64,000 nt of DNA from an uncultured Alphaproteobacteria bacterium. Its GTDB lineage: Bacteria > Pseudomonadota > Alphaproteobacteria > Acetobacterales > Acetobacteraceae. Of the stretch, positions 55,546 through 64,000 are shown piece by piece. Below the pieces are notes generated by a model, which was not told the DNA's origin, searched no databases, and worked only from the letters and a program-made list of their open reading frames with translations. The translations under genes were made by a program, and so were the position numbers. How positions within the stretch are numbered: the stretch's first letter is position 1; every line of letters starts with the position of its first letter. The stretch is taken from contig CAWKLX010000002.1 of assembly GCA_963850605.1 (NCBI GenBank), positions 396,966-460,965 of the forward strand. Direction: 5' to 3'.

Positions 55546-56049
55546 TTACGCCGCCAGCTTGTTGACGCGGCTCTCGGCGATACCCGACAGTTTCTTATCG
55601 GCCGCCTTCTCTTCGTCGAGAGTCTGCTGCAGCACGCTGGCGCAGTCGCGGCGGCCGAGTTGCGTCGCATACGCGATCAGCGAGCCGTAGCGCGTCATTT
55701 CGTAGTGCTCGATCGCCTGCGCGGCGGACAGCATGGCCGCATCGCGCACATGCTCGTCACCGCAATCGCCGATGATCTCCTTGGTCTCGGACAAGATGCC
55801 GTCCATCGCCGCGCATGTGACTGCTTTCACCGGTTGACCATGCATCGAAAAAACCTGTTCCAGACGAGTGACCTGGTTCTTGGTTTCGGCCAAGTGGCTT
55901 TCGAAAGCCCGCTTCAGCTCGGGATTCGAGGCTTTTTCGATCATAGTCGGCAGATTTTTAACAATCTGGTTTTCGGCATAGTAAATATCCTGCAAGGTGT
56001 GCACGAACAGGTCGTCCAGCGTTTTAATTGGTTTGCTTAACAATCCCAT
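55546..56049 (-). CDS. Ferritin-like DUF892 (YciE/YciF family) protein
   Basis: MGLLSKPIKTLDDLFVHTLQDIYYAENQIVKNLPTMIEKASNPELKRAFESHLAETKNQ. A GAGGAG RBS precedes the ATG at 56049. Confidence 0.75.
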   Translation of the reverse strand: MGLLSKPIKTLDDLFVHTLQDIYYAENQIVKNLPTMIEKASNPELKRAFESHLAETKNQVTRLEQVFSMHGQPVKAVTCAAMDGILSETKEIIGDCGDEHVRDAAMLSAAQAIEHYEMTRYGSLIAYATQLGRRDCASVLQQTLDEEKAADKKLSGIAESRVNKLAA

Positions 56050-56138
56050 GGGGAATTCTCCTCTGTGTTGTCCCACATGTCGCAACGCGGGCATGGCCAC
56101 AGGGTCACCAGCAGTCGAGGGTTGTTGATTGTGCCGAG

Positions 56139-56960
56139 CTATTTTCGCGTCTGCCGGAAGGTGTGCTCGGGGGCTGGGAAGCGCCGCGCGCGAACATCGG
56201 CGGCATAGGCGGATGCCGCCCGGCTAATCTCGTCGCCCAGTTCGGCATACCGCTTGACGAAGCGCGGCGTGAAATCGTTGAACGTGCCCAGCACGTCGTC
56301 GATGACCAGCACCTGGCCGTCGCACTCGGCCGAGGCGCCGATGCCGATGGTGGGAATTGGGAGCGCGCGTGTGATGGCGGCCGCAACCGGTTCCAGCGTT
56401 CCCTCCAGCACGATGGCGAACGCGCCCGCGTTCGACACGGCCTGCGCGTCGGTGGTCACGCGCGCGGCTTCGTCATCCGTGCGGCCGGTTGCCCGAAAAC
56501 CGCCCGCCACGTTCACCGATTGTGGCATCAGCCCAACATGGCCGCAAACCGGCACGCCGCGGCGGGTCAGAAAGCGAATGGTCTCGGCCATCTCAACCCC
56601 GCCCTCAAGTTTCACAGCCGAACACCCGGTTTCGGCCAGCACGCGGGCGGCGCTGTGAAAAGCTTGTTCGGGGGCTGCTTGGTAGGTGCCGAAGGGCAGA
56701 TCGACGACGACGCAGGCCCGCTTGGCGCCACGCACGACGGCCGCGCCGTGCGCGATCATGGTGTCGAGCGAGACAGCGAGCGTGCTGGGCAGACCGTAGA
56801 GCACCATCCCCACCAAATCGCCCACAAGCAGAACGTCGCAATGCGGGTCGAGGCGTTGCGCCATCGGCGTGGTGTAGGCGGTCAGCCAGACCTGCGGCGT
56901 GCCCTTCATGGCGCGCAAGGCGGGCACGGTGACCGGCTTGTCAGGCGTGTGCACGCTCAT
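56139..56960 (-). CDS. panB: 3-methyl-2-oxobutanoate hydroxymethyltransferase
   Basis: [13 protein letters not shown]...[11 protein letters not shown]..., [17 protein letters not shown]. Confidence 0.85.
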   Translation of the reverse strand: MSVHTPDKPVTVPALRAMKGTPQVWLTAYTTPMAQRLDPHCDVLLVGDLVGMVLYGLPSTLAVSLDTMIAHGAAVVRGAKRACVVVDLPFGTYQAAPEQAFHSAARVLAETGCSAVKLEGGVEMAETIRFLTRRGVPVCGHVGLMPQSVNVAGGFRATGRTDDEAARVTTDAQAVSNAGAFAIVLEGTLEPVAAAITRALPIPTIGIGASAECDGQVLVIDDVLGTFNDFTPRFVKRYAELGDEISRAASAYAADVRARRFPAPEHTFRQTRK

Positions 56961-58225
56961 AGGCCGCCGGTCCCGCCGATGTCACGCCGGAAAAAACCAC
57001 CCGGCATGTGGATCGCGGACATACCCTGGTAGGCATTGTCGCGTGCGGTGGCCACATCCGGCCCGGTGCCGCAAACGGTCAACACGCGCCCGCCGGCCGA
57101 GACCACATGGCCGTCACGCAATTCGGTGGCGGCGTGGAACACGGCTAAGTGCGGCAATGCGGCCGCCTGATCCAACCCGGTGACCGGCGCCGGCTCGCTG
57201 TGCCCGACCGGGTAGCCGGCCGAAGCCAGCACCACCGCTACGCACGCCATCTCTCGCCACCGCAGATCGAAGCGCGCCAGTTCCCCATCGCAGGCCGCGA
57301 CCAGGGCTGGCAGCAGGTCGGAATGCAGGCGGGGGAGCAGCGCCTGCGCCTCCGGGTCGCCGAGCCGCACGTTATACTCGATCAGTTTTGGGCCGTCGGC
57401 GGTCAGCATCAGCCCGGCAAACAGGATTCCTACAAAAGGATTGCCGCGGGCCCGCATCTCTCGCAGCACGGGGCGCACAAAGCTGTCCATGGCCGCAAGC
57501 TGCGCCTCCAGCGGAAAGTGCGGCGGAGGAGAGACCGCGCCCATGCCGCCCGTATTAGGCCCGAGGTCGCCATCCCCCACCCGTTTGAAATCCTGGGCGG
57601 CGCCCAGCAGCACCGCATTCGTGCCGTCGCACAGCGCGAACAGGCTCGCTTCCTGGCCGACCAAGCATTCTTCGATCAGGATCGTAGACCCAGCATCGCC
57701 CAAGGCGCGGTCACCCAGGAAGGAGTCGATGGCGGCCTCCGCCTCGGCCAGCGTGTGCGCCACCACCACACCTTTGCCGGCGGCCAATCCGTCCGCCTTG
57801 ACCACAATGGGTGTCCCCCGGCGCTCGCAAAAATCACGGGCGGCGGGGGCGTCCTCGAACCGTTCCCAGCGGGCGGTCGGTATGCCGGCCGCATCGCATA
57901 TGTCTTTTGCAAATGCCTTGCTGCCCTCCAGCGCGGCGGCCCCGGCGCCCGGGCCGCAGCAGCGAATCCCGGCGGCCGCCATGGCATCGGCCAGGCCGGC
58001 CACCAGCGGCGCCTCCGGACCCGGCACCACCAAGTCGATTTTTTTTGAGCGCGCGAAATCGACCAGGGCGGCCAAATTGGTGGCCGCGATCGGCACGTTT
58101 TCGGCCAATGTCGCCGTCCCCGGATTACCCGGCGCCACATAGAGTTGTGTGAGCAAGGAACTGTTCGAGATGGCCCAGGCCAGCGCATGCTCCCGTCCGC
58201 CCGCGCCCACGATCAGCACCTTCAT
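56957..58225 (-). CDS. purD: Phosphoribosylamine--glycine ligase
   Basis: [39 protein letters not shown]. Its stop overlaps the panB ATG (ATGA). Confidence 0.9.
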   Translation of the reverse strand: MKVLIVGAGGREHALAWAISNSSLLTQLYVAPGNPGTATLAENVPIAATNLAALVDFARSKKIDLVVPGPEAPLVAGLADAMAAAGIRCCGPGAGAAALEGSKAFAKDICDAAGIPTARWERFEDAPAARDFCERRGTPIVVKADGLAAGKGVVVAHTLAEAEAAIDSFLGDRALGDAGSTILIEECLVGQEASLFALCDGTNAVLLGAAQDFKRVGDGDLGPNTGGMGAVSPPPHFPLEAQLAAMDSFVRPVLREMRARGNPFVGILFAGLMLTADGPKLIEYNVRLGDPEAQALLPRLHSDLLPALVAACDGELARFDLRWREMACVAVVLASAGYPVGHSEPAPVTGLDQAAALPHLAVFHAATELRDGHVVSAGGRVLTVCGTGPDVATARDNAYQGMSAIHMPGGFFRRDIGGTGGL

Positions 58226-58273
58226 CCTGCCCACATCCTTTGCCGGGCCGCCCCCCTAGCATAGGGTCACGCC

Positions 58274-59707
58274 ATGGACGAAGCCGCGCCCACGAAGACC
58301 AACGTCCCCGAATACAGCGTGGGCGAGCTGTCCGGCGCCATCAAACGCACGCTGGAAGGCGCTTTCGGCCGAATCCGCGTTCGTGGCGAGATCACCGAGT
58401 GCAAGCAGTACAGCGCCGGCCACACGTATCTGAGCCTGAAGGATGAAGGCGGCAAAATCCGCGCGGTCATCTGGAAAACGACCCTGGCCCGCCTGAGCCT
58501 GCGCCCCGAGAACGGCGTGGAAGTCATCGCCACTGGAAAAATCTCGGCCTATGGCGACCGCTCGGAATACCAGCTGATCATCGACCGCCTGGAATACGCC
58601 GGAGCCGGCGCCTTGCTGGCCCGCATCGAGGCGCTACGCCTGCGCCTGGCCGCCGAGGGACTGTTTGCCGCCGAACGGAAAAGCGCCCTGCCGCGGCTGC
58701 CCGCCACGATCGGTGTCATCACCTCGGCCAGCGGGGCGGTGCTGCACGATATCATGACGACTGTGGCCCGCCGTTTTCCGCGCCCGATCCTGCTGTGGCC
58801 GGTGGCGGTGCAGGGGGCGGGGGCGGCAGAGCAGATTGCCGCCGCCATCGCCGGCATGGACCGGCTGCCGGCGCACGGGATCGCGCGGCCGGAGGTGCTG
58901 ATCGTGGCGCGGGGCGGCGGCTCGCTGGAGGATCTGATGGTCTTCAACGATGAGGTGTTGGTCCGCGCCGCCGCCGCCTGCCGCATCCCCCTGATCAGCG
59001 CCGTGGGCCACGAGACCGACACCACGCTGATCGACCACGTCAGCGACCGCCGCGCGCCCACCCCCACGGCCGCAGCCGAGCTGGCCGTGCCGTCGCGCAC
59101 CGAACTGGTCGCCGACCTGGCGCAAACCTCGGCCCGGCTGGCGGCCGGACTCGACCGCGCGCTTCAGGCTGGCGGCACACGGCTGCGCGCGGCCGGCGCC
59201 AGCCTGCCGGACCTGCCCGGCATCGTGGCCGGCGCCCGCATGCGGCTGGACGATCGCGCACACCGCCTGTCGCTTTCCGTGCCCAACTTGCTGGCCGCGC
59301 GCGCCGCCGCCCTGCACCGGACGGAACGCCACATCCCGGATCCGGGCACGCTGATCGCCGCCCGCCGGGCCGCGCTCGGGCTGGCGGGACTGGGCCTGCT
59401 CTCCGGCCTGCGCCACGGCGTGCAACGCCATCGCGAGGCGGCCGCCCGCGTGCTGCCCCGCCTGTCGCTGGCCGGCACCGTGGCGCGTCTGCGCGAGCAG
59501 CGGGGGCGGCTGGACGTTGTCAGCGCGCGGCTGGAGAGCGCGTCGTACGAGCGCGTGCTGGCACGCGGGTTCGCCCTGGTGCGCGATGCGGCGGGGCGGC
59601 CGGTGACGTCTATTACCCAAGTATCGGCGGCTTCGCGACTGAGAGTGCGTTTTGCGGATGGGGAGATCGGGGTGGTGGCGCAGGCTAAACAAGGCCTTCT
59701 TTTCTGA
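58274..59707 (+). CDS. xseA: Exodeoxyribonuclease VII large subunit
   Basis: YSVGELSGAIKRTLEGAFGRIRVRGEI...YLSLKDE..., ARGGGSLEDL. It is divergent from purD. Confidence 0.9.
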   Translation: MDEAAPTKTNVPEYSVGELSGAIKRTLEGAFGRIRVRGEITECKQYSAGHTYLSLKDEGGKIRAVIWKTTLARLSLRPENGVEVIATGKISAYGDRSEYQLIIDRLEYAGAGALLARIEALRLRLAAEGLFAAERKSALPRLPATIGVITSASGAVLHDIMTTVARRFPRPILLWPVAVQGAGAAEQIAAAIAGMDRLPAHGIARPEVLIVARGGGSLEDLMVFNDEVLVRAAAACRIPLISAVGHETDTTLIDHVSDRRAPTPTAAAELAVPSRTELVADLAQTSARLAAGLDRALQAGGTRLRAAGASLPDLPGIVAGARMRLDDRAHRLSLSVPNLLAARAAALHRTERHIPDPGTLIAARRAALGLAGLGLLSGLRHGVQRHREAAARVLPRLSLAGTVARLREQRGRLDVVSARLESASYERVLARGFALVRDAAGRPVTSITQVSAASRLRVRFADGEIGVVAQAKQGLLF

Positions 59708-59717
59708 AGAAAAGAAG
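59696..59717. terminator. Hairpin CTTCTTTTCT-GA-AGAAAAGAAG (conserved family) overlapping the xseA stop codon
   Basis: 10-bp stem. The xseA TGA (59705-59707) sits in the loop and 3' arm. CAAAAGACTTTTG follows. Confidence 0.6.
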
Positions 59718-59884
59718 CAAAAGACTTTTGTTGATTAGGCACGCTAATAGTCATCAAAGATCAAACGGATAGTTCCTAGTCAACCAGCGAATTGCAAGCG
59801 CGATGGGAAGTCCCAAGACAACCATCCCTACACAGGAGCCAATGATCCCAGGACGAATTATCTGAGCTAAACGGGATGAGGCAA

Positions 59885-59992
59885 CTAGAGCATGATCCGT
59901 TCGCATTGGCTCACGGACCAAGCTCTAGCTTATTGTTTTGGCGAGCATCTTTATCAGACCGAGCGATTCCGTTCGATCGGATGATGCTCTAA
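59885..59992 (-). mobile_element. 108-bp MITE-like repeat, copy C (inverted relative to A and B)
   Basis: The reverse complement reads TTAGAGCATCATCCGATCGAACGGAATCGCTCGG...GCCAATGCGAACGGATCATGCTCTAG. It has 12 mismatches to copy A over 108 nt by hand. Confidence 0.6.
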
Positions 59993-60069
59993 CACCACAA
60001 TAGTTACTACATCGTTTCGAAGGCTAAGTTGTTTGCGAGGTCGATGCTTCTTTTCAGGAAAGAACATTC

Positions 60070-62268
60070 CTAAAACGTCCCCGACTTCGGAAACCCGTTC
60101 GGCGGCAGCCGCCCCGCCTGCCCGCGCTCACCCAGCCAATCCCGCAACCCCAGCTCCGTCCGCGTGCGCTCCCCGCTGCGCCACGACAAACCCTCCGCAA
60201 GCCGGAACACTTTCGCGTCCGCCAACCCGCCCTCCTTGAAGCGCTGCAAGGTGACGCCCAGGCCGCGCGCCATCTGCGGTACCTGTGCCAGCGGAAACAC
60301 CAGCAGCTTTCGGTTTTCACCCACTACGGCCACATGGTCGCCATCTGCCTCGAGGCATATTTTTGCAGTCTCGCCGGGCCGCAAGTTCAGCACCTGCTTG
60401 CCGGTGCGCCGGTCGGCCAGCAGATCCTCCGCCGCGACCAAAAATCCGCGGCCACCGCTGCTGGCGAGCAGATACGAAAACGCATCCCGCCACACAAAGA
60501 TGTGGGCGATATCGGCGCCCTCCATATCGATCAGCGCGCGGATCGCCTGTCCGTCGCCGCGCCCGCGCGGCAGGTCGCCGGCGCGCAGCGTGTAGGCGCG
60601 GCCCTGCGTGTCCATGACCAGGATCTTGTCGGTGGTCTGGCACGGCAGCATGACACGCAGACGGTCGCCCTCCTTGAACTTTTGCGCCTCCGCATCGATC
60701 GCATGACCGGGCCGCGCGCGTATCCAACCCTTCTCCGATAAAATGACCGTCACCGGTTCGCGCTCAATGGTAACGATGTTGGACACGTCCACCGGCGCCG
60801 GCACCGCGCCCAGCTCGGTGCGGCGCGGTCCCAGCGGCGGCGTGGAGAACGCGCGCCGTGTCTCCTCGATTTCAGTCGTGATGCGCGCCCAGCGCAGCTT
60901 TTCGTCGGCCAGCAGCGCGTGCAGGTCGCGGCCCTCGCGGCTCAGCTTCTTGTGCTCGGCACGCAACTCCATCTCCTCCAGGCGCCGCAAGCTGCGCAGG
61001 CGCATGTTCAGCACCGCCTCGGCCTGCGCGTCGCTCAGCGAAAAGGCCCGCATCAGGCCGGCTTTCGCGTCGTCCTCCTCGCGAATGATTTTTATCACTC
61101 GGTCCAGATCGAGAAAGATTTTCAGGAACCCGTCGAGAATCTCCAGACGCTGCTCGATCGCGCGCAGCCTGTGCCGCGACCGGCGTTGCAGCACGACATG
61201 CCGGTGGTCCAGCCAGGCGCGCAACACACCGCGCAGGCCCAGCACTGTCGGCACGTGCTCGGCCGTCAGCACGTTCATGTTGAGCGGAAACCGCGTCTCC
61301 AGCGCGGTGGCGCGGAACATCGTCTCCATCAATACTTCCGGCTCGATGCCGCGCGATTTCGGCTCCAGCACCAGGCGTATCTGTTCGGCCAACTCGTCAC
61401 GTATGTCGCCCAGCAGCGGCAGCTTTTTCTCCTCCATCAGGGCGGCTACCTGCTCGATCAGCCGCGACTTCTGCACCTGATACGGAATTTCGCTCACCAC
61501 GATCGTCCACGTGCCGAACCGGCCCGGCTCGACCGCCCAGCGCGCGCGCAACCGAAACCCGCCGCGGCCAGTCTCGTAAGCCTGGTGCAGCGCCTCGGGC
61601 GTTTCGGTCAGCACGCCGCCGGTCGGAAAATCCGGCCCCGGCACATGCGCCAGCAATTCGGCGGTGGTCGCTTGCGGGTCGGCAATGAGATGGATCGCCG
61701 CCGCGCAGACTTCCGCCGCGTTGTGCGGTGGGATGGAGCAGGCCATGCCCACGGCAATGCCCGCCGCCCCATTGGCAAGCAGGTTCGGGAACGCCGCCGG
61801 CAGCACCACCGGCTCGGTATCCTCGTTGTCGTAGGTCGGCCGGAAATCGACCGTGTCGTCGCCGATACCGGCGAGCAATGCGGCCGCCACCGACGTCATC
61901 CGCGCTTCGGTGTAGCGCATGGCGGCCGGGTTATCGCCGTCCACATTGCCGAAATTGCCCTGGCCTTCGATCAGCGGGTAACGCACCGCAAAATCCTGGG
62001 CGAGGCGCACCAGCGCATCGTAGATGCTCGCGTCGCCATGCGGGTGGAACTTGCCCATCACGTCGCCCACCACGCGCGCGCATTTCTTGAATCCCGATGA
62101 CGGGTCCAGCCGCAATTGCTGCATTGCGTAGATCAGCCGCCGGTGCACAGGCTTCAGCCCGTCGCGCACGTCGGGCAGGCTGCGGGACGTGATGGTTGAC
62201 AGGGCGTAGGCCAGGTAGCGCTCGGACAGGGCAGTGGAAAAACGCGTGTCTTCGATGGTGTCGGTCAC
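60070..62268 (-). CDS. parC: DNA topoisomerase IV subunit A
   Basis: ERYLAYALSTITSRSLPDVRDGLKPVHRRLIYAM, HPHGD, AAMRYTE. Confidence 0.9.
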   Translation of the reverse strand: MTDTIEDTRFSTALSERYLAYALSTITSRSLPDVRDGLKPVHRRLIYAMQQLRLDPSSGFKKCARVVGDVMGKFHPHGDASIYDALVRLAQDFAVRYPLIEGQGNFGNVDGDNPAAMRYTEARMTSVAAALLAGIGDDTVDFRPTYDNEDTEPVVLPAAFPNLLANGAAGIAVGMACSIPPHNAAEVCAAAIHLIADPQATTAELLAHVPGPDFPTGGVLTETPEALHQAYETGRGGFRLRARWAVEPGRFGTWTIVVSEIPYQVQKSRLIEQVAALMEEKKLPLLGDIRDELAEQIRLVLEPKSRGIEPEVLMETMFRATALETRFPLNMNVLTAEHVPTVLGLRGVLRAWLDHRHVVLQRRSRHRLRAIEQRLEILDGFLKIFLDLDRVIKIIREEDDAKAGLMRAFSLSDAQAEAVLNMRLRSLRRLEEMELRAEHKKLSREGRDLHALLADEKLRWARITTEIEETRRAFSTPPLGPRRTELGAVPAPVDVSNIVTIEREPVTVILSEKGWIRARPGHAIDAEAQKFKEGDRLRVMLPCQTTDKILVMDTQGRAYTLRAGDLPRGRGDGQAIRALIDMEGADIAHIFVWRDAFSYLLASSGGRGFLVAAEDLLADRRTGKQVLNLRPGETAKICLEADGDHVAVVGENRKLLVFPLAQVPQMARGLGVTLQRFKEGGLADAKVFRLAEGLSWRSGERTRTELGLRDWLGERGQAGRLPPNGFPKSGTF

Positions 62269-62373
62269 GGGCAGGCCTTCGATGTCGCGGTGGGGCCGCT
62301 ATACCAGCGATGACGCCGAAATTTGACATCCCAAAAGCATAGCGGTCTATATAGCAGGCTATGGAGGGGGTTA

Positions 62374-63336
62374 ATGACCAGCGACGTCTTGAACGAGCGC
62401 GGCCACCTGTTTCTCGGAAGCCGCCTGAAGCGCTTGGCGGAACGCATGCAGGGCGACGTCGTAGTGGTGGCGGAACGAGCGGGGCTGGCCATACAGCCGG
62501 GCCAGTATCCGCTTTTGGCCACGCTGGACCGCTACGGGCCGCACACGGTGGGAGAACTGACCCAGGCATTGGCGCTGAGCCAGCCAAGTGTGACGCGCAG
62601 CGTGGCGGGACTGGCCGAAATGGGCCTTGTTGCCGTCAGCCGGGTGCATCGCGACCAACGCCAAAAAACCGTGTCGCTGACCGAGGCGGGAATGGCGGCG
62701 GTCGAAAAATCCAAGCTGATGGTATGGCCGCGAATCGAGGCGGCGGTAGCCAGGATGACGGACGGCTTGTCCGGGTCACTGCTGGACCAGATCGCGGCGC
62801 TTGAAGGGAAGCTGGCCGAGAAGCCGTTGCACGAGCGGGCGTTGGCAGCCGCCGGCGCCGGCCTGTCGATACGCGAGTTCTCCGACGACCTGGCCCACGC
62901 CTTTCGCGACATCAACGCGGAATGGATCGGCGCCATGTATCGCATCGAACCCACCGACCAGGACGTGCTGGACAACCCGCGGGCGCGCATCGTGGACCCC
63001 GGCGGGGCGATCCTGTTCGTGGAGGCCGAAGGCGTGGGTATCGTGGGCACCTGCGCGTTGCAGAAAACCGGCGAGCGGTCGTTCGAGCTGACCAAGATGG
63101 GTGTGCGCGCCTCCGCCCGCGGCTGCAAGGCGGGCGAGTTCCTGCTGCACGCGGTGATCGCGCGCGCGATGCACATGGATGCCGATCCGCTGTATCTGCT
63201 CAGCAACCGCAAATCGGCCGCCGCGATCCATCTGTATGAAAAGCTGGGTTTCATGCACGACGACGATATCATGAACGCGTATGGCGCGCGTTATGCGCGT
63301 TGCGATGTGGCGATGCGCTACCGTCCGCAGCGCTGA
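62374..63336 (+). CDS. MarR-type HTH + GNAT N-acetyltransferase fusion protein
   Basis: ATG at 62374 follows GGAGGGGG. The MarR part is PLLATLDRYGPHTVGELTQALALSQPSVTRSVAGLAEMGLV. The GNAT part is IVGTCALQKTG...ELTKMGVRASARGCKAGEFLL...HLYEKLGF. Confidence 0.75.
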   Translation: MTSDVLNERGHLFLGSRLKRLAERMQGDVVVVAERAGLAIQPGQYPLLATLDRYGPHTVGELTQALALSQPSVTRSVAGLAEMGLVAVSRVHRDQRQKTVSLTEAGMAAVEKSKLMVWPRIEAAVARMTDGLSGSLLDQIAALEGKLAEKPLHERALAAAGAGLSIREFSDDLAHAFRDINAEWIGAMYRIEPTDQDVLDNPRARIVDPGGAILFVEAEGVGIVGTCALQKTGERSFELTKMGVRASARGCKAGEFLLHAVIARAMHMDADPLYLLSNRKSAAAIHLYEKLGFMHDDDIMNAYGARYARCDVAMRYRPQR

Positions 63337-63360
63337 GCGGACACCGTCGGGAGGTTTGCA

Positions 63361-64000
63361 ATGCCGGCGAACGCCGCGCTGTATCGCCAAAAGCTGACCA
63401 CGCCGGCGCAGGCGGTTTCGCTGATCCCGTCCGGCGCCAGGATCGCCATGGGATTGGGCGTCTCGCAACCGCCACGACTGCTCGGGGCGCTGGCCGATCG
63501 TGCCGCCACGGGAGAGGTCGATGGCGTAACAATGTATTACCTGCTGTCCACGGCGGTTGCTGGTCAAACGGTGCTGCGCCCCGAACTCCGCGCCCGCATC
63601 ACGCCCATCAGCCTGTTTCACGGCCCAAACGAACGCGCGCTGGACAGGCAGGGCGCCGCGCTCGGCCTGCCGCCGATCGATCTGCTGCCGACCGCCTTCA
63701 GCCAGGCGCCGCGCGTGCTGACGCGGCATGTGGGCGTGGACACGTTGTTGACCACGGTAGCGCCGATGGAGAGCGGACGCTTCAGCCTTGGCACCAACAC
63801 CGATTACGCGCTCGCCGCCTCCAGAACCGCGCAGCGTGTTATCCTGGAGGTCAACCCGAACATGCCGCGCGTGGCCGGCGATTGCACGATCCCCATCGAA
63901 GCGGTGAGCGCGCTTGTCGAGAGTGATACCCCGCTGATCGAGGTTCCAGCCTCTGCCCCGCGCGCTCAGGACGAGGCCATCGGAAAGATAATCGCGGGCC
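63361..64000 (+). CDS. Acetyl-CoA hydrolase/transferase family protein (4-hydroxybutyrate CoA-transferase-like), 5' part; runs off the right edge
   Basis: Absent from the ORF track (no in-window stop). My translation from ATG 63361 (after GGGAGG) gives MPANAALYRQKLTTPAQAVSLIPSGARIAMGLGVSQPPRLLGALADRAATGEVDGVTMYYLLS...VNPNMPRV. Confidence 0.7.
   Translation, partial: MPANAALYRQKLTTPAQAVSLIPSGARIAMGLGVSQPPRLLGALADRAATGEVDGVTMYYLLSTAVAGQTVLRPELRARITPISLFHGPNERALDRQGAALGLPPIDLLPTAFSQAPRVLTRHVGVDTLLTTVAPMESGRFSLGTNTDYALAASRTAQRVILEVNPNMPRVAGDCTIPIEAVSALVESDTPLIEVPASAPRAQDEAIGKIIAG

Noticed and set aside
1-64000. tRNA, rRNA, transposase/integrase, prophage, toxin-antitoxin or known defence-system genes
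   Set aside because: I scanned the intergenic regions and all track ORFs. No cloverleaf-like T-arm motifs were found. There were no DDE/tyrosine-recombinase signatures and no recognisable defence domains other than the CHAT protease, which here is a secreted lipoprotein rather than a cytoplasmic effector.

Overview
GC-rich chromosomal segment (roughly two-thirds G+C by eye). Its synteny looks alphaproteobacterial, possibly Acetobacteraceae-like: zapA-6S RNA-5-formyl-THF cyclo-ligase, divergent purD/xseA, and DUF2007 plus an N6-methyltransferase opposite ispB. I support about 55 protein genes, one ncRNA (6S) and two small repeat families. I recognised no rRNA, tRNA, CRISPR array, transposase or integrase.

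The left 20 kb is the accessory and most interesting part. One minus-strand operon encodes a TpsB (ShlB/FhaC) transporter, a roughly 2,700-aa TPS-domain exoprotein split by two frame breaks, and a TPR/CHAT caspase-like lipoprotein. It then runs by overlapping stop/start codons into an ImpA_N (TssA-like, type VI secretion) gene that leaves the window. Beside it lie an OmpA-like gene, a Hanks Ser/Thr kinase, a PP2C phosphatase, an HExxH membrane protein, and an orphan PAAR gene followed by a Trm112-like/SAM-methyltransferase gene.

The rest is mostly housekeeping: CoA-transferases, an APC permease, a TonB receptor, ispB, bioFD, thiE, fba, zapA, nhaA, panB, purD, xseA and parC. Four things interrupt it:
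- a roughly 860-aa glycine-rich PGRS-like protein;
- an 8-gene glycan/methylation cluster containing a glycoside hydrolase whose TIM-barrel motif order looks circularly permuted;
- three copies of a 108-bp MITE-like element, two of which bracket five genes of that cluster;
- a family of conserved A/T hairpin terminators.

At least six genes, including housekeeping thiE, carry single-base frame breaks. I read this as probable assembly indel error rather than biology.
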